From an uncultured bacterium (GTDB lineage Bacteria; Krumholzibacteriota; Krumholzibacteriia; JACNKJ01): a stretch of DNA of 64,000 nucleotides. Positions 1 to 9,626 of the stretch are shown in pieces (within the stretch, counting starts at the first letter, position 1; each line of letters begins with the position of its first letter). Made by a program: the position numbers and the translations under genes. The stretch spans positions 2,912,001-2,976,000 of the forward strand of contig CAVOFT010000001.1 of assembly GCA_963695095.1 (NCBI GenBank). Reading direction: 5' to 3'. Under the pieces are notes generated by a model, which saw only the letters and a list, made by a program, of their open reading frames with translations, was not told the DNA's origin and did no database searches.

Positions 1-674
1 CCTGCATGCCCACCTCGACGCCGGGCAGCAGGCCCAGGTCCAGCAGGCGCTGGCGGATCTCCGTGGCCGCGCGCACGCTGACCACGCGGGCGCGCTGGCC
101 CGGGCGCGAGACGGTCCAGCGTGGTCAGCTCGCGCCCGCGCGCGAAGAGGCCCACGACCTCGGGCCCGAAGGCCTCGGTGCAGGCCCGGGTGCGGCAGGC
201 CATCAGGGCGCCCGCTTCGCCGTCCTGCTCGCGGCGGCTGGCCGCGTAGCAGTCGTGGAAGCGCTCGACGAGATCCCCGCCTGCCCGCGGGCAGCCGCCG
301 AGGAACTCGACGAAGCCGGCCAGGCGGTCCAGGGTCTCGATGCTGATGATGTGTTCGATTGAGCAGGCTTCGCGACTGGCGGTGTCCAGGGGCACGCCGA
401 GGATTTCGTTGAGGAAGCGCGTGATGAACTCGTGGCGCTGCAGCACGCGATTGGCCAGCTCGCGGCCGGAGGGCGTGAGCACGGCCGTCTCGCGGGCGCG
501 ATAGTCGATGAGGCCCTCGGCGGCCAGGCGCTTGAGCGCCCCGGTCACGGAGGCCATGCGCACGTCCTTGCGCTGGGCGATCTCCTTGGCCCGCGCCTCG
601 CCCTTCTCCTGCTCGAGCTGCAGGATGATCTCCAGGTAGTCTTCGAGGCTCTCGCCGAGTTCGCCGACGTGCAT
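1..674 (-). CDS. DtxR/MntR-family metal-dependent repressor with C-terminal FeoA domain (runs off the window; apparent 1-nt frameshift near 100)
   Basis: Manual translation from ATG 674: MHVGELGESLEDYLEIILQLEQEKGEARAKEIAQRKDVRMASVTGALKRL...RHEFITRFLNEILGV...EACSIEH. After an extra G it continues PGQRARVVSVRAATEIRQRLLDLGLLPGVEV (FeoA). Absent from the ORF track. Confidence 0.9.
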   Translation of the reverse strand, partial: MHVGELGESLEDYLEIILQLEQEKGEARAKEIAQRKDVRMASVTGALKRLAAEGLIDYRARETAVLTPSGRELANRVLQRHEFITRFLNEILGVPLDTASREACSIEHIISIETLDRLAGFVEFLGGCPRAGGDLVERFHDCYAASRREQDGEAGALMACRTRACTEAFGPEVVGLFARGRELTTLDRLAPGPARPRGQRARGHGDPPAPAGPGPAARRRGGHA

Positions 675-706
675 GCCGCCGCCTTTCGGGTCGCAGAAAT
701 CTGAAG

Positions 707-720
707 TTAGTCCAGGCTAA
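707..720. promoter_or_regulatory. Putative DtxR/MntR operator, TTAG-N6-CTAA
   Basis: TTAGTCCAGGCTAA inverted repeat about 33 bp upstream of the regulator start, between it and the uptake operon. Same geometry as MntR/SirR boxes. Confidence 0.65.
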
Positions 721-817
721 GTCCAGAGACAAGATGAATTCGGTGACGGCGACAGGAATCCGGACCGCGTGCCCCGACGCCTTGCGCGCCCGCGGCCCCA
801 ACCCTTACCCTCCGGCC

Positions 818-1108
818 ATGGTCCACCGCTGGCGCGCCCGCCTGCTCATCCTGCTGCTCGGCTTCTGGCTGCTCGGTCAGGGCGCGCACGACCTGCTGGT
901 CCATGCGGGCGAGTGGAGCCATGACCCCAACGGCGACCACCGCTTCTGCTCACTCTTCCAGGGGCTGGAGCAGGTCGAGTGGGCCGGCATCCACCTGCCG
1001 ACGCCGGAGGGACGCTGCCCCGAGCAGCCGCTGCCCGCTCCTGTCCCTGCCGGCCCCAGCTCCCGCCCCCTGGGTATCGCGAGCCGCGCCCCGCCCCTCC
1101 CCGTCTGA
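818..1108 (+). CDS. DUF2946-like His-rich leader peptide ending in RAPP
   Basis: MVHRWRARLLILLLGFWLLGQGAHDLLVHAGEWSHDPNGDHRFCSLF...IASRAPPLPV: hydrophobic N-terminus, His/Cys cluster, Pro-rich linker, RAPP. ATG 818 preferred over 734. Confidence 0.75.
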   Translation: MVHRWRARLLILLLGFWLLGQGAHDLLVHAGEWSHDPNGDHRFCSLFQGLEQVEWAGIHLPTPEGRCPEQPLPAPVPAGPSSRPLGIASRAPPLPV

Positions 1109-1171
1109 GCGCGCAGTCCACCAGCACTCGCAGGGCTCGGAAGGCCGGCCAGGCCGGCCGGGAGGATTCTC

Positions 1172-2323
1172 ATGCACCGACTTCAGCTCGTGGCGGCTCT
1201 CGCCGCCCTGCTCACCGGCGCCGGCAGCGCTAGCGCCTCGTCCACCGCCAGCGGCGTCAGCCGCGACTTCAACCCCGCCATCAGCGTCAACACCCTGCTC
1301 GTCTTTCGCGAGGGACTCATCGCCGCGGCAACGGCCGACAGCATCGCTGCCGAGCACGAGCACGCCAGCGCCACGGAGGGCTTCGCCGTCCAGGAAACCG
1401 AGCTGCAATTCACGGCCAGCGTGGACCCCTACGCCCGCGCCAGCGTGACGCTCGCCATGCACGGCACGGAGAGCATCGAGGCCGAGGAGGCCTTTCTCCA
1501 GCTTCTCCAGCTCCCGCGCGGGCTGGGCCTGCGCGCCGGCGCCTTCTACTGGGAGTTCGGCAAGCACAACACCCTGCACACGCACCAGTACCCCTTCGTC
1601 GAGCGACCCGTGGCCTGGGACGCCCTGCTCGGCGAGCACGGGCTCTCCGGTGCCGCCATCGAGCTGTCCTGGCTCACCCCCCTGCCCTGGTTCGCGGAGC
1701 TGACCGCCACGGCCGCGCCGCTGGGCGAGGCCGTCTACGGCGAGCACGCCGAGGCCCCTGCGGACGAGTGGTCCGGCGGCCTGCGCCTGCGCCAGCTCTG
1801 GGATCTGGGCGACCGCACGACGCTCGAGGCCGGCGGCTCCTGGTTCACGGGCGACACCGCGCACGAACACGACGATGCGCTGGAGATCGGCACCCGGCAC
1901 TTCCTCGGCGCCGACCTTACCGTGAAGTGGACCGGCGGCGGCGCCAACCCGCGCGCGCTCGAGCTGCAAGCCGAGTGGCTGCGCCGCCACGACAGCCTGG
2001 ACGACGGCGGAGAGATCCTCGACGACGATGGCCTCTACGCCGCTATCCGCGGTCGCGTGACGCGGCGCTTCTGGCTCAGCGGGCGCTTCGATCTGCTCCG
2101 CGCCGCCCAGCACGCGGAGGCCGCCGCCGAAGTGGATGAAGGGCACAGCCACGGAGCCCTGCCCGATACGGACACCTGGACCGCCTCGCTGGCCTTCGTG
2201 CCCAGCGAGTTCCAGGCCTGGCGACTGGATCTGCTCTCCCGCGAGATCGCGGGCGAGCGCGACACCGGCCTGCGCGCGCAGGTGAACTTCACCATCGGCA
2301 GCCACCCGGCGCACCGCTACTAG
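1172..2323 (+). CDS. Outer-membrane beta-barrel metal (Zn/Mn) uptake protein
   Basis: Signal peptide, FNPAISVN, ETELQFTASVDPY, FGKHNTLHTHQYPFVERP, His-rich loops, C-terminal IGSHPAHRY; lies upstream of the ABC genes. Confidence 0.75.
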   Translation: MHRLQLVAALAALLTGAGSASASSTASGVSRDFNPAISVNTLLVFREGLIAAATADSIAAEHEHASATEGFAVQETELQFTASVDPYARASVTLAMHGTESIEAEEAFLQLLQLPRGLGLRAGAFYWEFGKHNTLHTHQYPFVERPVAWDALLGEHGLSGAAIELSWLTPLPWFAELTATAAPLGEAVYGEHAEAPADEWSGGLRLRQLWDLGDRTTLEAGGSWFTGDTAHEHDDALEIGTRHFLGADLTVKWTGGGANPRALELQAEWLRRHDSLDDGGEILDDDGLYAAIRGRVTRRFWLSGRFDLLRAAQHAEAAAEVDEGHSHGALPDTDTWTASLAFVPSEFQAWRLDLLSREIAGERDTGLRAQVNFTIGSHPAHRY

Positions 2324-2333
2324 GAGGACGGCC

Positions 2334-3260
2334 ATGCGCATACGACTCGCCCTCACCGCGCTGCTCCTCTGTGCGGCAACGCTCACCGTGGCCCCACCTC
2401 TGCGCGCCGCCGCGCTCGAGGTGGCGGCCACCCTGCCCGAACTCGCCCTGCTCGTCGAGGCCGTCGGCGGCGAGCGCGTCGAGGTCACGGCCCTCGCCCG
2501 CGCCGACGAGGACCCTCACTCCCTCGCCGCCAAGCCCAGCCACAGCCGCCGCCTGCTGAAGGCCGATCTCGTCGTCTACAACGGCCTGCAGCTCGAGGTG
2601 GGTTGGCTGCCGCTGCTGCTGCAGGGGGCGCGCAATCCGGCGCTGCTCGCCGGGGGCAGGGGCAGTCTCGATCTCGCCAGCGCGATCGAGCCGCTCGAGG
2701 TGCCCACGGGCAGCATCGATCGCAGCCAGGGCGACGTGCACCCCGAGGGCAACCCGCACTACACGGTGGATCCCGGGCTCTACCCCGAGCTCGCCGACGC
2801 CGTCGCCGAGCGCCTCGCCGCGCTCGACCCCGCCGGCGCCGCCGGCTACCGCGACGCCGCGGCTCGCTTCCGCGCCGATTGGGAGCCGCGCCTGGCGGCC
2901 TGGCGGGAGCGCCTGGCGCCCGCGGTGGACAGGGCGGTGATCAGCTACCACAAGCAGTGGGAGTACTTCGCACGGCGCTTCGGCCTGCGCATCGTGGACT
3001 ACATCGAGGACCGGCCGGGCATCCCGCCCTCGCCGCGCCACGTGAGCGAGCTCGTCCAGCGTATCCAGACCGGCGGCGTGGCGCTGGTGATCTATGCCGA
3101 CCTCACCCACCCTGAAGTGCCCGAACGCCTCGCCGCGCGCGGCGGCTGCCGGGCGCTGGCCTTGCCGCAGTCGCCCGGCAGCCGGCCGGGCACGGAGACG
3201 CTGGTCACTTGGTTCGACACCCTGGTTGGCACGCTAGCCTCCGCAATCGAGGAGCCTTGA
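2334..3260 (+). CDS. Metal ABC transporter substrate-binding protein (ZnuA/TroA family)
   Basis: EDPHSL, ADLVVYNGLQLE, GDVHPEGNPHY, SYHKQWEYF, PPSPRH; AGGAGG RBS. Confidence 0.92.
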   Translation: MRIRLALTALLLCAATLTVAPPLRAAALEVAATLPELALLVEAVGGERVEVTALARADEDPHSLAAKPSHSRRLLKADLVVYNGLQLEVGWLPLLLQGARNPALLAGGRGSLDLASAIEPLEVPTGSIDRSQGDVHPEGNPHYTVDPGLYPELADAVAERLAALDPAGAAGYRDAAARFRADWEPRLAAWRERLAPAVDRAVISYHKQWEYFARRFGLRIVDYIEDRPGIPPSPRHVSELVQRIQTGGVALVIYADLTHPEVPERLAARGGCRALALPQSPGSRPGTETLVTWFDTLVGTLASAIEEP

Positions 3261-3261
3261 G

Positions 3262-4083
3262 ATGGAACTGCTGCGCATCATGGCCGCGCCCTTCGCAGCC
3301 AGCGTCGTGCTGGTGCTCATTCACGCCTACCTCGGCGGCCACGTGCTGCAGCGCGGCGTGATCTTCGTGGATCTCGCCATGGCTCAGTTCGCCGCCCTCG
3401 GCGCCACGGCCGGCTTGCTCTTCGGCGTCGAGCTGGAGAGCCGGCCGGCCTATTTCCTCGGGCTCGCCGCCTCGCTGGGGGCGGCGGGCCTCTTCGCCCT
3501 CTCACGCCAGCACCTGCGCCGCGTGCCGCAGGAGGCGGTGATCGGCATCGCCTATGTGTTCGCCTCGAGCGCGGCCTTGATCATCGCCGCGCGCAGCCCC
3601 CACGGCGCCGAGCACGTGGAGCAGATGCTGGTCGGCGCGCTGCTCTGGGTGAGCTGGCAGGAAGTGCTGAAGACGGCCCTGCTCTACGGCCTGCTCGGAG
3701 CCCTGCTCTGGCGGATGCACGGTCCGCTCAGCCAGCTCAGCGCCGATCCGGACGGCGCGCGGCAGGTAGGGCGCCGGCTCTTCGGCTGGGACTTCCTCTT
3801 CTATGCGGTCTTCGCGCTGGTTGTGACCAGCTCGGTGCGCATCGCCGGCGTCCTGCTGGTCTTCAGCTTTCTCATCGTGCCCTCGGTGTTCGCCGCCCTG
3901 CGCGGCGCCCAGGGCGGCCGGCGCCTGGCCTTCGCCTGGAGCTTCGGCATCGCTACCAGCCTGGCCGGCATGCTGGCCTCCTACTGGCTGGACCTGCCCA
4001 CGGGCGCCACGGTGGTGGTGGTGATGGGCCTCGCGCTCTTCACGGCCAGCCTGCTGCCAGCCCCGCGCGCTCAGTCGAGCTGA
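3262..4083 (+). CDS. Metal ABC transporter permease (ZnuB/MntB family)
   Basis: Hydrophobic; YLGGHVLQRGVIFVDLAMAQ, GVLLVFSFLIVP, DLPTGATVV. Confidence 0.9.
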   Translation: MELLRIMAAPFAASVVLVLIHAYLGGHVLQRGVIFVDLAMAQFAALGATAGLLFGVELESRPAYFLGLAASLGAAGLFALSRQHLRRVPQEAVIGIAYVFASSAALIIAARSPHGAEHVEQMLVGALLWVSWQEVLKTALLYGLLGALLWRMHGPLSQLSADPDGARQVGRRLFGWDFLFYAVFALVVTSSVRIAGVLLVFSFLIVPSVFAALRGAQGGRRLAFAWSFGIATSLAGMLASYWLDLPTGATVVVVMGLALFTASLLPAPRAQSS

Positions 4084-5249
4084 AGCGCGAGCACGGAGAG
4101 ATAGCGCGTCTCGGGCATGCCGGGCAGCACCGGGTGGTCCGCGCCCTGGCCGCCGCGGTAGAGGATGCGCGCCGCGCGCCCGCTCTTGGCCACAGCGCGC
4201 AGCACATGGCCCTGCCAGATCTGCTCCTCGATGGGATAGGTGCAGGAGCAGGTGAGCAGGACGCCGCCCGGCGCCACGCGCCCGGCGGCCTTGCGATTGA
4301 GGTGGGCATAGGCGCCGAGAGCCCCCTCCACCTCGCCGCGCTCCTTGGCCAGCGCGGGTGGATCGAGCACGACCAGGTCCCAGTCGCCGTGGGGCCAGCC
4401 CGCCGCGCCCTTGCCGGCGTGGAGCAAGTCGAGCGCCTGGAAGCGGCAGCGCTTGCCCAAGCTGTTCGCCTCCGCGCTCGTGCGAGCAAGGGCGAGGGCG
4501 GGCTCTGAGCGGTCCAGGCCCAGCGCGCTCGCGGCGCCGCCTGCCGCCGCCTGCAGCGCGAAGCCGCCGCTGTGGCAGAAGAGGTCCAGCACGCGCCGGC
4601 CCTGCGCCGCACGGCGCAGCCAGGCGCGGCTCTCGCGCTGATCCCAGAACCAGCCGCCCTTGAGCCCGCCCAGCGGGTCGATGGCGAGGCGCAGGCCGCC
4701 TTCTTCGGCCCAGGCCTGCTCCGGCAGCTCGCCGAAGCTCTCGGGCGGCAGCTCGGGGAGACCCTCCTTGCGGCGCACGCCCGCGTCGCGGCGCAGGACG
4801 AGGCCGCCCACGCCGGGCAGGGCGAGCAGGCTCTCGACCAGGGCCGGCGCATGCGCCTCGCTGGCCGCCGAGGCGAGCTGGGCGACGAGCAGGGCGCCGA
4901 AGCGGTCCACGGTGAGGCCGGGCAGGCCGTCCGCCTCGCCGTAGACGAGCCGGTAGTGCGGCGCGCCGTAGAGGCGCTCGCGCAGATCGAGGGCGCGGGC
5001 CAGGGCCTGCGGCAGGTGATCGGCGAAGGGCAGTGGCCGCCGCGCGTAGATCCGCGCGCGAATCAGCGACTGCGGGTTCCAGAGCGCGGCTCCCAGCGCT
5101 TCGCCCCGCGCGTCGACGAGCAGCACGCTGTCGCCGGCGACGAGCCCCTCGGGCGCCGCGGCGATCTCGCCCGCATAGGCCCAGCAGTGGCCGCGCCGGA
5201 GGCGGCGTTCTTCGCCGGGCAGCAGGGTGACGACGGGTAGGGCGCTCAT
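4071..5249 (-). CDS. rlmI: Class I SAM-dependent rRNA methyltransferase (RlmI-like)
   Basis: PUA-like N-terminus, RLVYGEADGLPGLTVDRF, VLDLFCHSGGF, DLVVLDPP, DHPVLPGMPETRYL. Confidence 0.85.
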   Translation of the reverse strand: MSALPVVTLLPGEERRLRRGHCWAYAGEIAAAPEGLVAGDSVLLVDARGEALGAALWNPQSLIRARIYARRPLPFADHLPQALARALDLRERLYGAPHYRLVYGEADGLPGLTVDRFGALLVAQLASAASEAHAPALVESLLALPGVGGLVLRRDAGVRRKEGLPELPPESFGELPEQAWAEEGGLRLAIDPLGGLKGGWFWDQRESRAWLRRAAQGRRVLDLFCHSGGFALQAAAGGAASALGLDRSEPALALARTSAEANSLGKRCRFQALDLLHAGKGAAGWPHGDWDLVVLDPPALAKERGEVEGALGAYAHLNRKAAGRVAPGGVLLTCSCTYPIEEQIWQGHVLRAVAKSGRAARILYRGGQGADHPVLPGMPETRYLSVLALQLD

Positions 5250-5401
5250 CGCAGGGCCTCGCGCTGGGGCTGGGGCTCGGGCGGATCGGGGCCGCCAGCA
5301 TAGGGCGCGGGCCCCGGGGCTTCAAGCGCGCGGCCGAATCTGCTACAATCGGGGCGGAAGCAGGCCGGTTCGTCCCCAGGATTCCCCCTGGAGCCCCGGC
5401 C

Positions 5402-6031
5402 GTGATTCGTCGCCCCCTTCGCCTCGCCCTCGTGCTGGCCCTCGCGCTGGCCGCGTCCGGGCCAAGCCGGGCCGCCACGCTCCGCGTGCCGGGGGACTTC
5501 CCGCTCATCCAGCAAGCGCTCGACGCCGCCCAGCCGGGCGACACCGTGCGCGTGGCCGCCGGCATCTTCAGCGGCCCGGGCAACCGCGCCCTGGACACCC
5601 GCGGCAAGGCGCTCTCCTTGATCGGCGCCGGCCCGGGCGGCACGCTCATCGACTGCGAGGGCGCCGGCGGCGGCTTCCTGCTGCGCGCCGAGGGCGAGGC
5701 GCGCAGCCTGATCCGCGGCTTCACGGTGCTGCGGGCGGCGGCGGCCCGCGGAGCCGGGCTGGATTGCGAGGGTGGGCATCTGCGCCTGGAGAGCTGCGCC
5801 TTCGTCGGCGGGCGTGCGGACTGGGGCGCGGGCCTGGCGGCGACCTGGGAGAGCACGGTGCACCTGCAGAGCTGCACCTTCACCGGCAATCGGGCGGCGC
5901 TGGGCGGCGACGATCTCTACCTCGTCGGCGGCAGCGCGCTGCTCAGGGACTGCCGGGCGCGCGCCGGCGGCATTCTCGCGCTCGCCGGCGCCGAGCTGCG
6001 GCATCTGAGCAGCGGATCCAGGGCGCAATGA
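5402..6031 (+). CDS. Secreted short right-handed beta-helix (pectin-lyase-like) protein
   Basis: Signal peptide, [29 protein letters not shown] repeats; TGCTACAAT extended -10 at 5341-5349. Shorter than its paralogues. Confidence 0.7.
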   Translation: MIRRPLRLALVLALALAASGPSRAATLRVPGDFPLIQQALDAAQPGDTVRVAAGIFSGPGNRALDTRGKALSLIGAGPGGTLIDCEGAGGGFLLRAEGEARSLIRGFTVLRAAAARGAGLDCEGGHLRLESCAFVGGRADWGAGLAATWESTVHLQSCTFTGNRAALGGDDLYLVGGSALLRDCRARAGGILALAGAELRHLSSGSRAQ

Positions 6032-6034
6032 AGA

Positions 6035-6061
6035 GCGGGGCTCCCGGGAGAGGAGCCCCGC
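6035..6061. terminator. Hairpin between convergent genes
   Basis: GCGGGGCTCC-N7-GGAGCCCCGC. Confidence 0.6.
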
Positions 6062-6082
6062 CGACCTTCGGGAATGATGGCG

Positions 6083-6699
6083 CTACTTCTTCAGCGCCTC
6101 GAAGCGCTTCGCTACTTCGCTCCAGTTGACGACGTTCCACCAGGCGCCGATGTAGTCCGGCCGGCGGTTCTGGTAGTGCAGGTAGTAGGCGTGCTCCCAG
6201 ACGTCGAGGCCGAGGATCGGCGTGCCCGCGCCGTCCATGAGCGGGCTGTCCTGGTTGGGCGAGCTCGAGACGACGAGCTTGTCGCCCTTCGACGGAGAGC
6301 CAGGCCCAGCCGCTGCCGAAGCGCGTGGCGCCGGCGGCGGCGAACTGCTCCTTGAAGCCGTCGAAGGAGCCGAAGTCGGCGGCGATGGCCTCGGCCAGCT
6401 GCGCCCGTGGGCTCGCCGCCGCCCTTGCCGCTCATGACCTTCCAGAAGAGGTGTGGTTCCAGTGGCCGCCGCCGTTGTTGCGCACGGCCGTGCGGCTGGG
6501 CCTCGGGCACGGCGCTCAGGTCGGCGAGCAGCTTCTCGAGCGGCATGTCGCCGTGGCTGCCGCCGGCGGCCTCGAGGGCCTTGTTCAGGTTGGCGACGTA
6601 GGCGGCGTGGTGCTTGCCGTGGTGGATCTCCATGGTGCGCGCGTCGATGTGCGGCTCCAGGGCGTCGAAGTCGTAGGGCAGGTCGGGCAGCTTGTGCAT
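6083..6699 (-). CDS. sodA: Mn/Fe superoxide dismutase (frameshifted in this assembly)
   Basis: [69 protein letters not shown], distributed over several frames. Metal specificity not certain. Confidence 0.88.
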
Positions 6700-6798
6700 C
6701 GTCTTCCTCTCCTTCACAGAGTCCCATCGTGGTCGGTTGGCTACGGGACCAAGATAGTCCAATTTCGGATCGAGTCAAGAAGGCCGCAAACAAAGCGG

Positions 6799-9021
6799 TT
6801 AGGGGATTTCGGGAGTGCGAGATCCGGATGCGCCGGCCTGCTGCTTCTTGAAGAAGAGCCGCAGGCTGAGGGCCAGGCTGGCCAGCTTGGTGAGGGCCGT
6901 GTCGCCGCGGCTCGTGAGCACGATGGGGATGCCGCAGCCGACGATGACGCCGGCCGTGTTGAGCCCGCTGGAGACCGTGAGCGACTTGTAGACCGCATTG
7001 CCCGCGTCGATGCCGGGCATGATGAGGATGTCCGCGTTGCCGCGGATCTCGCCGTGGTACTCCTTCTCGGCGGCGATCGCCGCATCGACCGCCACGTCGA
7101 AGCTGAGCGGCCCCTCGACCAGGCAATCCTCGCGCCCGGCGAAGTCGGCGGCGAGCTGGGCCGCCTCCACGCTGCTCTCGATGCGCGGGTTCACCTTCTC
7201 GATGGCGCTGATCACGGCCACCCGCGGCCGCGGCAGGTTGAGGCTGCGCGCCACCACCAGCGCGTTCTCGAGGATGCGCCGCTTCTTGTCGAGGTCGGGA
7301 TCCACGTTGACGCCGGCATCGCTGAGCAGCAGCAGCTTCCCCTGCTCGGCGCGCTGGAAGACGGCGACATGGCTGAAGAGCGCGCCCTCGGGCAGGCGCC
7401 CCTGCTCCTTGAGCCAGCGGAAGACCGGCGCCAGCAGTTCCTCCGTCTTCACCGAGCCCTTCATCAGGACCTGGCAGCGCCCGGCGGCGTAGAGCTCGAG
7501 GCAGGTGGCCACGGGATCCACGCTCTCCACCAGCTCGAAGTCGCTGCGGGCGAGGTCCAGGCCCACCTGCGCCGCCAGCTTGCGGGTGGCGGCGAGGTCC
7601 CCCACCAGCAGGAAGCGGGCGATCTTGTACTCGCCCTCCTCGGTGGCGCGGCGCACGGCTTCGAGCGCGTCGTCGTTGTCGGCGCCGGCGATGGCGATGG
7701 TGGGCAGAAAGAAGCGATTCACCTGCTCGCGGGTGGCCTGGATCAGCTCGTCCAGGCTGCGGATGGGGCTGCCCTGGCGCCGCCGCAGCACGGCCCGGCG
7801 GAAGACCGGCTGCTCGATGAGCCGGTTCTCGCGGCCGCGGTAGGCTGCCAGCATGTCCCGTTCCTCTTCGTAGAAGCGCAGGCAGCTCGGATCCATGAGG
7901 GCCTGCGCCATGCCGGCGGCCAGCGCCTCCTGCTCAGCCGATCCAGGCAGCCGCACGATGGGCAGGAGCCCCCCCACGCGCTCCTCGATGCGCTCGGCCA
8001 GCTCGACGCTGCGCGTGAGCCCCCCCGTGATGACGACGTAGTCCGGCCGCCCCCAGCCCGCGGCGAGCGAGAGAATGCCCTCGCTGATGCGCTGCGCGAA
8101 GAAGCGCAGGAGCAGGTTGATCTTGTCGGCCTGCTCGCGCGTGGCGCCGTGCTCGCGAAAACCGAGCAGGGTCTTGAAGTCGTTGGTGCCCGCCAGCGAG
8201 AGCAGCCCGCCCTGCCGGAAGACGCCCTTGTCCAGCTCCTCCAGGCTGATGCGGTGCTCCTGGAGCGCGAGCAGGAGGTCGTGGATGGGCAGGTTGCCGC
8301 TGCGGTTCATCGAGGGCAGGCCGCTGAAGGCGTTGATCACGCGCACGGCCTTGCCGCGATGGTGCCGAACCATGGAGATGCCGCCGCCCAGGTGGGCGCT
8401 GATCACGCTGGCCTCGACCGGATCGATGCCGAACTCCCAGGCGCTCAGGCGCAGCACGGCGCGGTGGTTGAGGTAGTGCACGGCCGTGCCGTCGGTCTTG
8501 AAGTCGCGCAGGCCGGTCATGCGGCACTCGATGTCCACCTCGTCGATGACGGGCGGGTCGGTGACGGTGATCGGGATATCGCGCGCGCCCATGTCGCCCA
8601 GGTCCTTGAGCGCCAGGGCGATGGGCACGCCCATGTTGGAGGCGTGGGCCAGCCGCGGCTGGGCGAGGTCCGCGAGCAGGGCCTCGCTGATGGGATAGGT
8701 GCCGCCGGGAATGGGCTTCAGCACGCCGCCGCGGGAGGCGATGCCTTGCAGACGGGCCAGGTCGACGCCCGTCTCGGCCAGCCAGCGCAGGATGAGGGCG
8801 GCGCGCTCCTCCGCCGTGTCCTCCTGATCGGGGCCGACGTGCACCTCGAAATCGCCGCGCTTGTCGATGCCCTCGAAGTAGGCAACCTTGGTGGAGGTGG
8901 AGCCCGGATTGATGACCAGGATGCGATAGCCCTCGCCGGCCAGGCGCTCGGCCAGCGGCGTCCCCAGCAGCCGCCGGAAGACCTCCAGCGGTGGCATCTT
9001 GCGCAGGAGCAGGGTTTTCAC
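6799..9021 (-). CDS. Butyrate kinase - phosphate butyryltransferase fusion
   Basis: N-half: [35 protein letters not shown]-half: [45 protein letters not shown]. One uninterrupted frame; GTG 9021 is the likely start. Confidence 0.88.
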   Translation of the reverse strand: MKTLLLRKMPPLEVFRRLLGTPLAERLAGEGYRILVINPGSTSTKVAYFEGIDKRGDFEVHVGPDQEDTAEERAALILRWLAETGVDLARLQGIASRGGVLKPIPGGTYPISEALLADLAQPRLAHASNMGVPIALALKDLGDMGARDIPITVTDPPVIDEVDIECRMTGLRDFKTDGTAVHYLNHRAVLRLSAWEFGIDPVEASVISAHLGGGISMVRHHRGKAVRVINAFSGLPSMNRSGNLPIHDLLLALQEHRISLEELDKGVFRQGGLLSLAGTNDFKTLLGFREHGATREQADKINLLLRFFAQRISEGILSLAAGWGRPDYVVITGGLTRSVELAERIEERVGGLLPIVRLPGSAEQEALAAGMAQALMDPSCLRFYEEERDMLAAYRGRENRLIEQPVFRRAVLRRRQGSPIRSLDELIQATREQVNRFFLPTIAIAGADNDDALEAVRRATEEGEYKIARFLLVGDLAATRKLAAQVGLDLARSDFELVESVDPVATCLELYAAGRCQVLMKGSVKTEELLAPVFRWLKEQGRLPEGALFSHVAVFQRAEQGKLLLLSDAGVNVDPDLDKKRRILENALVVARSLNLPRPRVAVISAIEKVNPRIESSVEAAQLAADFAGREDCLVEGPLSFDVAVDAAIAAEKEYHGEIRGNADILIMPGIDAGNAVYKSLTVSSGLNTAGVIVGCGIPIVLTSRGDTALTKLASLALSLRLFFKKQQAGASGSRTPEIP

Positions 9022-9057
9022 AGGGTCAAGGTAGCGTGGCCCGGGCAAAGGGCAAGC

Positions 9058-9084
9058 AAAAAGGGGGAGCCTCGCGGCTCCCCC
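9058..9084 (-). terminator. Rho-independent terminator
   Basis: AAAAA-GGGGGAGCC-TCGC-GGCTCCCCC on +, giving a U tract on the minus strand after the 9114 gene. Confidence 0.8.
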
Positions 9085-9113
9085 TGCGTGCACGATGGCG
9101 CATGGGTTGGGGC

Positions 9114-9626
9114 CTATTTTACCAGCAGCATCTTCCTCGTCTCGCGGTAGTCGCCGGCTACCAGCCGGTAGAAGTAGACGCCGCTGGCGAGATCATCCGC
9201 GCGCAGGGTCACCTCCTGGACGCCAGCCGCCTGGTCCTCATCCACGAGCAGGGCCACCCGGCGCCCCGTCGGATCGTAGAGCGCGAGTTCCACCCGCGCG
9301 GCCTTGGGCAGGCCGTAGCGGATGGTGGTCGTCGGGTTGAAGGGGTTGGGATAGTTCTGACCGATCCAGAAGCTGCCGGGCACGGTCTCGGCGGCCGTGG
9401 GCAGCGGCGGCCCCGACCAGAAGCCGGCCTCGTGCAACCAGGACGGACCACCGAGGCGACCGATGGCCGCCTGGCCCACGGTGCCGTTGATCTGGTAGCC
9501 GCTGCCGGCGCCGCCGCCCGCGCCGCTGCCGACGACGCTGCGCGACATCACGATCGCTGCACGCCCCGGCATGGCACTCGCAGCGAGCAGGCAGGTCGCA
9601 CCGAGGAGCATCGAGAGCTGCCGCAT
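9114..9626 (-). CDS. Small secreted protein with T9SS/FlgD-like C-terminal domain
   Basis: MRQLSMLLGATCLLAASAMPGRAA, SVVGSGAGG...YQINGTVGQ...EAGFW, QNYPNPFNP...SGVYFYRL...RKMLLVK. Start overlaps the upstream stop. Confidence 0.8.
   Translation of the reverse strand: MRQLSMLLGATCLLAASAMPGRAAIVMSRSVVGSGAGGGAGSGYQINGTVGQAAIGRLGGPSWLHEAGFWSGPPLPTAAETVPGSFWIGQNYPNPFNPTTTIRYGLPKAARVELALYDPTGRRVALLVDEDQAAGVQEVTLRADDLASGVYFYRLVAGDYRETRKMLLVK

Noticed and set aside
3502..9150. Long Arg/Ala/Pro-rich ORFs such as 3502-5889 and 6325-9150, and similar ones throughout
   Set aside because: Shadow or antisense frames of real genes in high-GC DNA, with no motifs.
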